NCBI GenBank assembly: GCA_017624815.1
Contig: JAGAMH010000090.1
Coordinates: forward strand, 1 to 57,140
DNA from: Clostridia bacterium
GTDB lineage: Bacteria; Bacillota; Clostridia; Christensenellales; Borkfalkiaceae
Reading direction: 5' to 3'
Length of the DNA stretch: 57,140 nucleotides
Shown: piece after piece, positions 27,201-35,799 of the stretch
Layout of the letters: the number at the start of each line of letters is the position of its first letter
Position numbering within the stretch: position 1 is the stretch's first letter
Program-made: the position numbers and the translations under genes
The notes under the pieces: generated by a model
The model's database searches: none
The model's input: only the letters and a program-made list of their open reading frames with translations
What the model was told of the DNA's origin: nothing

Positions 27201-27411
27201 TCTTTTCGGAAGATAAAAAGCGCGCAAAGGTATAAACGCCCGTTAAAAACGTTCCGCCAACTGCGGCGCAAACGGTGCGTTCTGCGGCAAGCGATAATCT
27301 GTCTTCGCAAAAAATTACCGTGTTTTTGCCTAAACTTTCGTTTTGGGCAACTATTTCTTTGAGTTTTGTAAGCGCAACCGACAAGCTCGGAGCAAGGTAA
27401 CTTTTATTCAT
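24244..27411 (-). CDS. addB: Helicase-nuclease AddB
   Basis: C-terminal nuclease GRIDRVD...VVDYKTG and Fe-S cysteines (FACPYQ ... CEYCKMGGSC). I see no Walker A motif in the N-terminus. Start ambiguous: ATG 27411 (MNKSYL, 6 nt after a TGtTATAAT) or ATG 27459. Confidence 0.9.
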   Translation of the reverse strand: MNKSYLAPSLSVALTKLKEIVAQNESLGKNTVIFCEDRLSLAAERTVCAAVGGTFLTGVYTFARFLSSEKKLTQKVLSSQGSAMVIRKIIEDNARQFKLFKKLFSASGAQAVYDTIAVLYSSRVSPQDISQITTENTLFKSKLNDLAFIYSEYNKYLTENGLLDRNTYLKLLPDVIENSSKIKGSSVILLGFQSFTSSTSECARACMRAANSVDGIFIGGAEDIYTNESVAAFHSVAKEFGGAENENLQSTLCLEAEVIRKTLFNPERFICENKIKTDKVHIFEAADEVEELEFIAASIKKHVLSEGERYAKISVMLPDVKSSQSTLERVFGQFKVPYYIDRRIPLSEHFICDFIINLLNCLHDGCSFESVNAVISSPLFPVSRKDKDIYRNYLLRFGNFRGAAKREPKEEVCKNGGFNYASVHGVYEVFNGTYKMLLKGSGADITVGIKRALASFGVEKKLEDLHEKYKDVYPVKAQLAARAYSSAIAVLDEAAALTQNIKLSVKEYIKILKSGFTACEISLIPPKADAVFVGDMVATANTGSNVVFAAGLTEAVPKTGSDTALLTDREIAELERLCVNVSPKIQQVNLRSREVTALNVCAFRKHLYLTYPVYSNGGETAKSEIISYVKNAFLNVRGNPLTQITQKQLNASLKALPYYCSEEIPAIKQLVNVSARPEVVSAIYSALEINGKQAIADEALIEDKPRELILNGKKLFGGEYGSVSPTTLESYFACPYQNFMSRGLSLLEREEGSMRAVDAGNFIHNVLEDVFHPDKINGGGGEFSKEQLKEVATKVANELLLTPKYAPLTDSKSGKYTGGELVLEAVEVCLGAFEQLENSNFKVAYSETSCNVPLNGGLKLYGRIDRVDECGDMVRVVDYKTGTITSSADSYYMGLKLQLPLYLTSASKGKRPIGAYYFPATVGYVDDGKNDGVFRLKGFMDCSEEVVHNSDITLQPKKKSKYFDAYLPGGRKVESSMPKEDFEYFIQYATLIARKGADEMVGGNVTPSPATGACEYCKMGGSCNFLVGVDGESRNVGSIKCEQIANIVKKIKGDK

Positions 27412-27466
27412 ACCTTTATTATAACATATCGCACTTCTTTTTTTAAACTTTTTAGGCATAAAAGTT

Positions 27467-27495
27467 TTTACAATTATTAAATTATGTGCTATAAT
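27467..27495 (+). promoter_or_regulatory. sigma-70 promoter of the lipoprotein gene
   Basis: TTTACA (27467-27472), 17-bp spacer, TATAAT (27490-27495). Confidence 0.6.
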
Positions 27496-27549
27496 TTAAG
27501 CGTAAAAGAGTAAACGCGCCCAAACTGCGCGTAAAATTAAGGACTATTT

Positions 27550-28635
27550 ATGAAAACTTTAACTAAAATATTAGCAGTTTCTGCACTCTCCGTTGCCGTA
27601 ATAGGCGCGGTTGGCTGTGCAAAAGTGGGTAAAGTTGTTGCCAATACCTCGGCAAACTGGTACAAGAACACAACCTATCCCAACGTTCAACAAACTACGT
27701 TAAACGGTTCGCACGAAAAACTTATTTACAGCGTAAAATTAGCCGAAAATAGCGCAACAAACACCAAATTTAGCGTTGAATACGATTCCAATTGTACCTA
27801 CGTTACCGAATTCTACGCCGAAAACTTTAACTGGAACGAAGGCACTTTAAGCGAATATAAACAAGACAAGCAAGAAGTTTTATACGTTTTAAAAACCGAA
27901 CTTACCCTTTCAGGTAAATACGTTTTAACGGCTACGGGAGAGAGTACGCCCACCTTTAACGACGGCGTTACTTCCGTTTGCTACTTCCGTTCGGCAGGTC
28001 AAAACCTTGAACCCGTTTATAGCTCGATAGAAGTACACTCCACTTCGCCCAAAACTTTAAATCCCAAAACGGTTGCCGAAATGACGATTAAAATGGATTA
28101 TTTATATAAAACGTATTATAACTCCGACTGTTCGCAAGCAACTACCGTTTATACCGACCTTACGAGCGGAGCAAATAGCGCGGAAGTTAAAAAGGTTATA
28201 GGAGGCTTAAACGAAACGGGATATAGCGTATTCGATAACGCAAGCGTTTATTTTGCAATGAGAGCGCTTAACACCAACTCTTCTACTTATTCTAAAATAA
28301 TAAGCGTTGTTCAACCTGCCGAAGGCGTTTATAAAAATTACGGAATATCTTCTTCGGGCGAAGGTGCTCTCCCCGATTCCCAAACGCAGATAAAAGAAGC
28401 GTTAGTTGGCGCGGGATATATAACCGCCGAAGAGACAGTTAAATATAACGCAGTTTCATCAACGCTACAGGCGGAAATGTCGGGAAGCCCCCACACGGCT
28501 TGGTTTGCATCCGTTTCAAACGCAACGCAAAACTGGTGCCGTTCTACCATGCTTAAACTTTTAGTTCCTTTAAGCTATAACTTGGGCGTTATGCAATACG
28601 ACTTAAAAACGGTGGAAAGCTCGCTCGAAGCTTAA
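27550..28635 (+). CDS. Lipoprotein, unknown function
   Basis: Signal peptide with lipobox (AVIGAVGC). The rest has no recognised family. Confidence 0.7.
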   Translation: MKTLTKILAVSALSVAVIGAVGCAKVGKVVANTSANWYKNTTYPNVQQTTLNGSHEKLIYSVKLAENSATNTKFSVEYDSNCTYVTEFYAENFNWNEGTLSEYKQDKQEVLYVLKTELTLSGKYVLTATGESTPTFNDGVTSVCYFRSAGQNLEPVYSSIEVHSTSPKTLNPKTVAEMTIKMDYLYKTYYNSDCSQATTVYTDLTSGANSAEVKKVIGGLNETGYSVFDNASVYFAMRALNTNSSTYSKIISVVQPAEGVYKNYGISSSGEGALPDSQTQIKEALVGAGYITAEETVKYNAVSSTLQAEMSGSPHTAWFASVSNATQNWCRSTMLKLLVPLSYNLGVMQYDLKTVESSLEA

Positions 28636-28741
28636 AATTAAAATAGAAAAAGCCGATAAATATGCGGCGTTTTGGCGGAAAATTTGCTTTTTTACAAAAT
28701 GTAAAACTTACCGACCAAGTAAAAAAATTAAAATAAACGAA

Positions 28742-28781
28742 AGAGAGAACGAAGCAGTTTTGCTAAGTTCTCTCTTTTTTA
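28742..28781. terminator. Bidirectional terminator
   Basis: Stem AGAGAGAAC / GTTCTCTCT followed by TTTTTTATT, with A-rich sequence upstream. Lies between convergent genes. Confidence 0.75.
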
Positions 28782-28800
28782 TTATGTTAAAGTTAAAAAA

Positions 28801-29202
28801 TTATTTTTCCTTCTTTTTTAGGGTATAGCTCGATGAAGAGGAAACGTCGCCCCAGCCGCCAATATATTCTGAACCTCGTCCGCCTGCATAGCTAACGCCG
28901 TCATCAATTAAGAATACGCGTCCGCAAGAATAAAAGCCTATAACCTTGCCTTTTAATATAATGCTATCTTCGGGGGCAAGGGGAATATTCTTCTCGCCAA
29001 AATCCCACGCGTCGATACCGCCGTCGTTGTCGGCATGGCTTTCAAAATCCCACTCGTATAGTATATAATATTTATCGTAAAGTGCCTCTTTTTCAAGGAG
29101 CGATTGTTCCTCGTTGGAAAGTTCCACGTTATAAAACGCCTTACCGTCAAGTTTGAATACGGCTTCCTGTCCGTTGTTCGTTAAATGCTTGTACGCTTTC
29201 AT
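28801..29202 (-). CDS. Hypothetical protein
   Basis: 133-aa ORF. No motif recognised. Confidence 0.5.
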   Translation of the reverse strand: MKAYKHLTNNGQEAVFKLDGKAFYNVELSNEEQSLLEKEALYDKYYILYEWDFESHADNDGGIDAWDFGEKNIPLAPEDSIILKGKVIGFYSCGRVFLIDDGVSYAGGRGSEYIGGWGDVSSSSSYTLKKKEK

Positions 29203-29318
29203 TTTAAATTCCCCCTATTTGATAATATCAGTATAACACGCCCAAAAGTAAAAAGCAAGTGCATTTTTCGCAAGCAGTTAACTTGCCCAAAAGCACCATA
29301 TCTTTGCGTGGCTAAATT

Positions 29319-30272
29319 TTATTTACTTATTTTATTTTGCGTTGCGCCGTTTAAATATGCCTGTAAATTTTGCGTTGCAATATCGACGACTCGTTGGCGC
29401 GTTTCCGAGGGAGCCCACGCTATATGCGGCGTAATAAAACAGTTTTTTGCGCCGTATAACGGGTTATTTGCAAGCATAGGCTCTACCGCCAACGTATCTA
29501 AAAGAGCGGCGGCTATTTTGTTTGTATTTAACATCGTTGCAAGGGCGTCTTCGTCTACCAAACCGCCGCGAGCAGTATTTATAAGAACGGCGGAATTTTT
29601 CATTAAAGAAAGTGTTTTTTCGTTGACGATTTTTTTGGTATCTTCGTTTAGCGCGCAATGCAAAGAAAGGTAATCGCTAAGCTCAAAAATCTTATCAAGG
29701 CTAACCTTTTTATAGGGACAATCGCTATGATTGCTGCGGGAATATACCAAAACGTTCATACCAAAAGCCTGCGCAATTTTTGCCGTGGCTTTACCTATGT
29801 TTCCATAGCCTATTACGCCGAAAGTTTTGCCGTAAATTTCTTGCGTTGCCCACGGCATATAACAAAACTGACTGCTTTTTATCCAGTCGCCGTCGGCAAC
29901 CGATTTTTGATAGTTTGCAATTTGACCAGCGTAATTTAAAAGAAGGGCAAAAACGTGCTGACTTACTGCGTTGGTAGAATATTCAGGCACGTTGCAAACG
30001 GTTATATTGCGGCGGTTGCAAGCAGCTAAATCGACGTTATTAAATCCCGTAGAAAAAGTGCCTATATATTTAATTTTAGGGCAAGCAGAAAGTAAATCTT
30101 CGGTAATTTCCGCCTTGTTTATTAAAAGAGCGGTGCAATCTTTTGCGGCGGTTTTAAGCTCTTCGGGCGTTAATACGCCGTAGTAACTAACTTCGCCTAA
30201 ACTTTCAAGCTCTTTAAATTTTACGTCACCCTCTCTAGTTACCGTATAAAAGTCAACAACGGTTATTTTCAT
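29319..30272 (-). CDS. D-isomer-specific 2-hydroxyacid dehydrogenase (glycerate/hydroxypyruvate reductase-like)
   Basis: NAD-binding motif GVIGYGNIGKATAKIAQAFGMNV, plus the catalytic region NTARGGLVDEDAL and TPHIAW. Confidence 0.85.
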   Translation of the reverse strand: MKITVVDFYTVTREGDVKFKELESLGEVSYYGVLTPEELKTAAKDCTALLINKAEITEDLLSACPKIKYIGTFSTGFNNVDLAACNRRNITVCNVPEYSTNAVSQHVFALLLNYAGQIANYQKSVADGDWIKSSQFCYMPWATQEIYGKTFGVIGYGNIGKATAKIAQAFGMNVLVYSRSNHSDCPYKKVSLDKIFELSDYLSLHCALNEDTKKIVNEKTLSLMKNSAVLINTARGGLVDEDALATMLNTNKIAAALLDTLAVEPMLANNPLYGAKNCFITPHIAWAPSETRQRVVDIATQNLQAYLNGATQNKISK

Positions 30273-30288
30273 AACTGCTCCTGTGTGT

Positions 30289-30570
30289 TTAATTTAAAAG
30301 ATTAAAGGAAAAACTATCGTAGCCGATACTCGTTTCCCGCTCGTAAAACGCTTGGCTTTCACTTTTATTTAAAATAAAGTAATGCGCTTGCGAACCTTCC
30401 ATAAGACGAAAGCAAACGTTGCCGTCTACTATTAAATCTATAATAACTCTAAAAAAGTGAAGGCGGAAAATTTCGTCTAATAAAAATTCCCCTTCTTTTA
30501 TATTTATAATCTGCTCTCCGCCGTAATCGCTATCACGCGCGTGAGAATTAACGGTTATTTTAAGCTTCAT
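30289..30570 (-). CDS. Hypothetical protein
   Basis: 93-aa ORF ending 16 nt upstream of the dehydrogenase start. No motif recognised. Confidence 0.45.
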   Translation of the reverse strand: MKLKITVNSHARDSDYGGEQIINIKEGEFLLDEIFRLHFFRVIIDLIVDGNVCFRLMEGSQAHYFILNKSESQAFYERETSIGYDSFSFNLLN

Positions 30571-30610
30571 TTTTGCAATTACCGCCCTAATATGTGGCGA
30601 TTATCCCCTT

Positions 30611-30646
30611 AAAAATTTATTGAGAAACCGAAAAACGGTTTCTCAA
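30611..30646 (-). terminator. Terminator after rubredoxin
   Basis: Stem TTGAGAAACCG / CGGTTTCTCAA, loop AAAAA, followed on the minus strand by TAAATTTTT. Confidence 0.75.
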
Positions 30647-30655
30647 TAACAACTA

Positions 30656-30814
30656 TTATTCTTCAGAAAAATCTTCTTTGCCAACCGCACATAAAGGGCA
30701 AGCAAAATCTTCGGGTACGTTTTCCCAAGGCGTTCCGGGTGCAATGCCGCATTCTTCACAGCCTACTTCTTCGTCGTATACCCAACCGCAAACGTTGCAA
30801 ACATATTTGCTCAT
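30656..30814 (-). CDS. Rubredoxin (52 aa, absent from the ORF track)
   Basis: Hand translation: MSKYVCNVCGWVYDEEVGCEECGIAPGTPWENVPEDFACPLCAVGKEDFSEE, with the two CxxC pairs and the GT.W..VP.D..CP.C signature. AGGAGGA ribosome-binding site. Confidence 0.9.
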   Translation of the reverse strand: MSKYVCNVCGWVYDEEVGCEECGIAPGTPWENVPEDFACPLCAVGKEDFSEE

Positions 30815-30831
30815 TTTTCTATCCTCCTAAT

Positions 30832-31983
30832 TTATTTACTTATTTCTTCGGCGAGAGCGTTTATTTGCGCAACGCTTTCTTCGTTCAACGCCGATAAAAT
30901 TTTAACGTTATTTTGAGCGTAATTAATATTTTTACTCTTTTCAAACATATTTTTCATAACTTTAGTTGCCATGGGCATCCAACTGCCGTTTTCTATAAAG
31001 GCAATCGTTCTGTTGGAAAAATTACGCTCGGTTAAATGGTTTATAAACTCACGCATAAAGGGGAATATATCTGCGTTGTAAGTGGTGGTTGCAAGAACGA
31101 TTTTACCGTATCTGAACGCGTCTTCTACCGCTTCTGCCATATCGCAGCGAGCCAAATCGTTTACCGCTACTTTTACGCCTTTTTCTTCTAACTTTTGCGC
31201 TAAAAGCTCTACTGCCTTTTTGGTGTTGCCGTAAATGGAAGTATAGGCTATTACCACGCCTTCACTTTCTACGCCGTAGCTAGACCAAATATCGTAAAGA
31301 TTTATATAATAACCTAAATTATCCGTTAAAACGGGACCGTGAAGGGGGCAAATGATTTTAATATCGAGCGTTGCAGCCTTTTTTAACAAGCTTTGCACTT
31401 GCGCGCCGTATTTACCAACTATGCCTATATAATATCTTCTCGCTTCGCAAGCCCAATCTTCGTCGGTATCCCAAGCGCCGAATTTACCGAAGCCGTCGGC
31501 GGAAAATAAAACTTTATCCGTTTCGTCGTAAGTTACGATAACTTCGGGCCAATGCACCATGGGTGCGGTTACGAAAGTTAAATTATGTTTACCCAAACTT
31601 AATTTATCACCTTCGCCAACTACTATTTGTTTTTCGGCAAAATCCGTGCCGAAATAGTTTTTCATCATAATAAACGCCTTTGACGACGCAACTATTTTTG
31701 CGTTGGGATAAATTTTAGTAAATTCTAAAATATTTGCCGAGTGGTCGGGCTCCATATGTTGCACGATTAAATAATCGGGAATTTTTCCGTTTAAAACGCC
31801 CTTTAAATTGTTTAACCATTCTTGTTTAAAGTTTTGGTCAACCGTATCTAATACGGCAATTTTTTCGTCTAAAATAACGTAGGAATTGTAAGCCATTCCG
31901 TTGGGAACTATATATTGACCTTCGAAAAGGTCGATATCCCTATCGTTAACGCCTATATATTTTATATCGTTAGTAACCTTCAT
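30832..31983 (-). CDS. fprA: A-type flavodiiron protein (FprA; O2/NO reductase)
   Basis: Metallo-beta-lactamase-like diiron domain (VQHMEPDHS) followed by a flavodoxin-like domain (VVIAYTSIYGNTKK). Confidence 0.9.
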   Translation of the reverse strand: MKVTNDIKYIGVNDRDIDLFEGQYIVPNGMAYNSYVILDEKIAVLDTVDQNFKQEWLNNLKGVLNGKIPDYLIVQHMEPDHSANILEFTKIYPNAKIVASSKAFIMMKNYFGTDFAEKQIVVGEGDKLSLGKHNLTFVTAPMVHWPEVIVTYDETDKVLFSADGFGKFGAWDTDEDWACEARRYYIGIVGKYGAQVQSLLKKAATLDIKIICPLHGPVLTDNLGYYINLYDIWSSYGVESEGVVIAYTSIYGNTKKAVELLAQKLEEKGVKVAVNDLARCDMAEAVEDAFRYGKIVLATTTYNADIFPFMREFINHLTERNFSNRTIAFIENGSWMPMATKVMKNMFEKSKNINYAQNNVKILSALNEESVAQINALAEEISK

Positions 31984-32091
31984 AACTAGCTCCGTAATAT
32001 TTTTATCTATAATATAATACCACCGAACGGCGGAAAAATCAATATTTATTAATAAATTTTTATAGCTGAAATTTTATTTTTACAAAACCCC

Positions 32092-32120
32092 TTGAAATTG
32101 CACGTATTTTATATTATAAT
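32092..32120 (+). promoter_or_regulatory. sigma-70 promoter of the permease gene
   Basis: TTGAAA (32092-32097), 17-bp spacer, TATAAT (32115-32120). Confidence 0.65.
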
Positions 32121-32156
32121 CTTATAGATATTACGCAAACTAAAATAAGGAGTAAA

Positions 32157-33572
32157 ATGAAACAGTTAAATAAAAGATACGGTCTTTTAACGGCCATTTG
32201 CATGGTAGTTGGAATAGTAATAGGCTCGGGTGTGTTTTTCAAAACGGAAGACGTTTTAATGCTTACGGGCGGAAACGCTTTGCAAGGAATAATAGCTTGG
32301 CTTATTGGCGGCGCAGTTATGGTAACCATTGCTTCTACATTTTCGGTTATGGCTACCAAATATTCTAAGGTGAACGGCGTTATAGACTACGCCGAAGCTA
32401 CCTGCGGAAAAACTTACGCTTACTACGTTGGGTGGTTTATTTCGCTTATATATTACCCTGCCATGACTTCCGTTTTGGCATGGGTTTCTGCTCGCTATAC
32501 CATGGTGGCGATTTTTGGCGTTTCTTCCAGCAGCCCCCAAGCGTTATATAGCGCAGAATGTATTACAATAGCTGCCTTTTACTTAGTTTTAGTATATTTT
32601 ATTAATACTATTGCACCTAAAATTGCGGGTAAAATTCAGGTTTCCACCACAATAATAAAACTAGTGCCCTTGGCGTTTATTGCAATTGTGGGAACGGCAA
32701 TCGGGCTTGTAAACGGCACGCTTACTACCAACTTTACTCACGTTGCCGAAGCCGTTACCCCTAAAAACGGCGGACTATTTGCGGCTATTTGTTGTACGGC
32801 GTTTGCCTATGAAGGTTGGATAATAGCAACGTCTATAAACGCCGAAATTAAAGATTCTAAAAAGAATTTGCCACGCGCTCTTTTTATAGGCTCTATTATA
32901 GTAGTGGCAACTTACGTTTTATATTACGTGGGTATTTTAGGTTTAACCGATTCAAGCGTTTTAATTACCCAAGGAACGAGCGAAGCCTTTAAATTTTTTG
33001 GAAGCGCAGGCACGGTTATTATTAACTTTTTAATTATAATATCTTGCCTTGGCACTTTAAACGGTTTAATGTTGGGCTGTTGCAGAGGTCCTTTCTCGCT
33101 ATCGGTACGCGGACAAGGGCTAAAGCCGCAAGTCTTTTCTCAGATAGACGAGCAAACGAACATGCCCCACAACTCTTCTATATTCGGCTTACTTCTTTGC
33201 GCTTTTTGGTTTATATACTTTTTAGGCAGTCAGTTTTTCGGCTGGTGGGGAGTGTTTGCGTTCGATTCTTCCGAATTGCCCATAATTACCATTTACCCCC
33301 TATATATCCCTATTTTAATATCCTTTATGATACGCGAAAAAGATTTACACCCCTTTAAGAGATTCGTTTTACCCATACTTTCTTTATGCGGCGTGGGAAT
33401 AATGGTTGCAGCAAGTATTTTTAGGCACGGACTGGAAAACGTTTTCTATTTAATAGTGTTTGCCGTTATAATGTTTATAGGCTTTTTAGTTCAGCTTTAT
33501 AATAAGAAAAAGGGCGTCCCGCAACAGGACCAACCGCAAGAAGATAATCCAAACGAATTAAATGCAGAATAA
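32157..33572 (+). CDS. APC-superfamily amino acid permease
   Basis: About 12 TM helices. N-terminal LLTAICMVVGIVIGSGVF motif is typical of APC transporters. Confidence 0.85.
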   Translation: MKQLNKRYGLLTAICMVVGIVIGSGVFFKTEDVLMLTGGNALQGIIAWLIGGAVMVTIASTFSVMATKYSKVNGVIDYAEATCGKTYAYYVGWFISLIYYPAMTSVLAWVSARYTMVAIFGVSSSSPQALYSAECITIAAFYLVLVYFINTIAPKIAGKIQVSTTIIKLVPLAFIAIVGTAIGLVNGTLTTNFTHVAEAVTPKNGGLFAAICCTAFAYEGWIIATSINAEIKDSKKNLPRALFIGSIIVVATYVLYYVGILGLTDSSVLITQGTSEAFKFFGSAGTVIINFLIIISCLGTLNGLMLGCCRGPFSLSVRGQGLKPQVFSQIDEQTNMPHNSSIFGLLLCAFWFIYFLGSQFFGWWGVFAFDSSELPIITIYPLYIPILISFMIREKDLHPFKRFVLPILSLCGVGIMVAASIFRHGLENVFYLIVFAVIMFIGFLVQLYNKKKGVPQQDQPQEDNPNELNAE

Positions 33573-33579
33573 AAGAAAA

Positions 33580-33608
33580 ACTCGACTTAAATTAAAGTCG
33601 AGTTTTTT
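33580..33608. terminator. Bidirectional terminator
   Basis: Stem ACTCGACTT / AAGTCGAGT flanked by an A-run and a T-run. Confidence 0.8.
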
Positions 33609-33633
33609 AACGCTTTAATTAAAATTTAGTTTT

Positions 33634-35103
33634 TTAAGATACGGCTATTTCTTCTAATTTTTCTAACGCTTCCGCAATTATTTGCTGTTTAGAAGGCGCT
33701 TTAGCAATTATATCAATTACCTTTTCACTTTCGCTCGTTTTGCTATTTATTGTAGTAAATTGAGATATATCTTTAAGCTGCACTTCTTTATTTAAATACT
33801 CTTGAGTTTCGTTAACTTCAGTATGAAGATTTAATACTGCAATTCCGCCTTGCGCCCTTAAATCGACCATTTCTAATTTAATTTTTATAGCCGATTGAAC
33901 GCTTTCTATTTCTTGCTTTCTATTAAGTTCTAACGTCGTCTGCGCTTGCGTAATTTTTAGGCTAAAACTTTGATCTTCAGCGGCGAGCATATCGCTGCTA
34001 AATCTTATTCCGTTCGTCGTAAAAATTTGAGGTATAATCCCTAATATAGCCGTTTTAACCGCTGTAAAGCCGCCTGCTTCTACGCCGATTATATCGCCGA
34101 GCTTTATCTCACCAACGGTGCTTTCGCAGTTTAAAAGCGCGCCCACTTCAGCGGAGTTTAAAAGCTCTAAAGTATAGTCGTAAACGGTGGAGTTCTGTTT
34201 AGGAGCAAACGCGCTTAAATCGGCAGTTTGACCTTCGGGAGCTAACGACTTAATTGCGTTTAAAACGGAAGAATATTCTTCACTTATAGATACGCCGTCG
34301 GTAAACGCCTGAATATAAGTTTTAACCGTTTCGTTTTGCAAAAGCTGAGTTAGCGTAGTGTTTTCGGTTAAACTTGCAAGAAGAGATTGCGTTTGCATTG
34401 CAATTGCGTAATAAACGTTTACTAGATCGAAAGTTACCGTTTTGCCGTCTATAGTTAAGCAATTGGTTAGCGCCGCAAGTTTTATAGTTGAATCAATTTG
34501 AGGCGCGCCTCCGATTGAAACGTTTGACAAAAGCTCTTCTAATAGCGCGTTATTATTTTCTGGTTTAACTTCTGTATCCATTACAGTAGCGCCGCCAATA
34601 CCGTCTATGCCCAAATTATTCAAATAAGTGTCTAAAATAGTTCCATTATAAGTTAATTGCTTTTTAGAAAAGTCGGTAACTTCCGAAGTGGAGCTACACG
34701 AAAAACTTAAAAAATTGCGAATGAATTTATACTCGTATTGATTTTGGCTTATTATAGCGCCGCCCATATCCATTTTTACCGTATTTATAGAAGACGAATC
34801 AAAATCGCCCGTTAAAGCGTTTGATACCGCTTGCGTCGTCGTGGTTACGTCTATATTAACCGACTTGCTTCCTTGCTTTACCGTTCCCGTTGCCGAACTA
34901 ATGCCTTCGCTCTTAATTCCTGTTACTTTTTGCGCTTTTATTTTATTGCACAATTCTTCCGTTTTTTCAGTAATTTTTACGGGTGCGGCAGTTGCCGGTT
35001 GTCCCGCTTTTATATCGTATTCCGAACCGCAAGCCGAAAAAGTACCCACGCCTGCCAATAAAATACATGCCGAAAGCGTTGCAATAGTCTTTTTAATGTT
35101 CAT
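33634..35103 (-). CDS. Lipoprotein, unknown function
   Basis: Signal peptide with lipobox (LLAGVGTFSAC). Confidence 0.7.
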   Translation of the reverse strand: MNIKKTIATLSACILLAGVGTFSACGSEYDIKAGQPATAAPVKITEKTEELCNKIKAQKVTGIKSEGISSATGTVKQGSKSVNIDVTTTTQAVSNALTGDFDSSSINTVKMDMGGAIISQNQYEYKFIRNFLSFSCSSTSEVTDFSKKQLTYNGTILDTYLNNLGIDGIGGATVMDTEVKPENNNALLEELLSNVSIGGAPQIDSTIKLAALTNCLTIDGKTVTFDLVNVYYAIAMQTQSLLASLTENTTLTQLLQNETVKTYIQAFTDGVSISEEYSSVLNAIKSLAPEGQTADLSAFAPKQNSTVYDYTLELLNSAEVGALLNCESTVGEIKLGDIIGVEAGGFTAVKTAILGIIPQIFTTNGIRFSSDMLAAEDQSFSLKITQAQTTLELNRKQEIESVQSAIKIKLEMVDLRAQGGIAVLNLHTEVNETQEYLNKEVQLKDISQFTTINSKTSESEKVIDIIAKAPSKQQIIAEALEKLEEIAVS

Positions 35104-35144
35104 TGTAAGCCTCCTTAATTTAGTAAAATTATTATTAAGTATAT

Positions 35145-35798
35145 TTAAACGCTACCTTCTATTATAAGTTGCGCCACCCGTTTTGGAGTTTCCGCAGTTT
35201 GAATTGCGCCCGCTAAAATTAATTCTTCTTTAGTGCCGTAGCCGTATAAAACGCCCAAGCATTTTATATTGCTATCGTTTGCGCCGATTACGTCGTATTT
35301 TCTATCGCCAACCATTAAAATATCTTCTATTCGTTCGCCAGAAAAAGCCACGGCGTTTTTTACTATTAAAGATTTATCCGCCGCCTTTTCGGAAAAACCC
35401 GCGCCGCACACTTTGTAAAAATATTTAATAAGATTAAACTTGTTTAAAACTGCCTCGGCAAATTTTTGGGGTTTAGACGTTGCTACGAGCAATTTAATCC
35501 CCGCAGAATTTAATAAGGAAAGCATTTCTTCCACTCCGCTAAAAAGTTCGCAGTCTAAAAGCCCGTGTTCTTGGTAATATTTGCGGTATTCAAGCGCAAC
35601 TTCTTCGCTCTGGCTTTTGCTTACGCCAAAATATTTTTGAAAGGAAAGCTGCACGGGCGGGCCTATAAAATTGCGTAATTCCGACTTTGGCGGAAGTGCA
35701 AAATTAAGTTTATTTGCAATATATTCAATCGACTTAAACACCCCGCTTTCAGGCTTTGTAAGCGTTCCGTCCAAGTCGAATAAAACTGCTTTATACAT
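35145..35798 (-). CDS. HAD-superfamily hydrolase (phosphoglycolate phosphatase-like)
   Basis: Motif I LFDLDGTLT, motif II ATSK, motif IV VGDRKYD. Confidence 0.85.
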   Translation of the reverse strand: MYKAVLFDLDGTLTKPESGVFKSIEYIANKLNFALPPKSELRNFIGPPVQLSFQKYFGVSKSQSEEVALEYRKYYQEHGLLDCELFSGVEEMLSLLNSAGIKLLVATSKPQKFAEAVLNKFNLIKYFYKVCGAGFSEKAADKSLIVKNAVAFSGERIEDILMVGDRKYDVIGANDSNIKCLGVLYGYGTKEELILAGAIQTAETPKRVAQLIIEGSV

Positions 35799-35799
35799 A

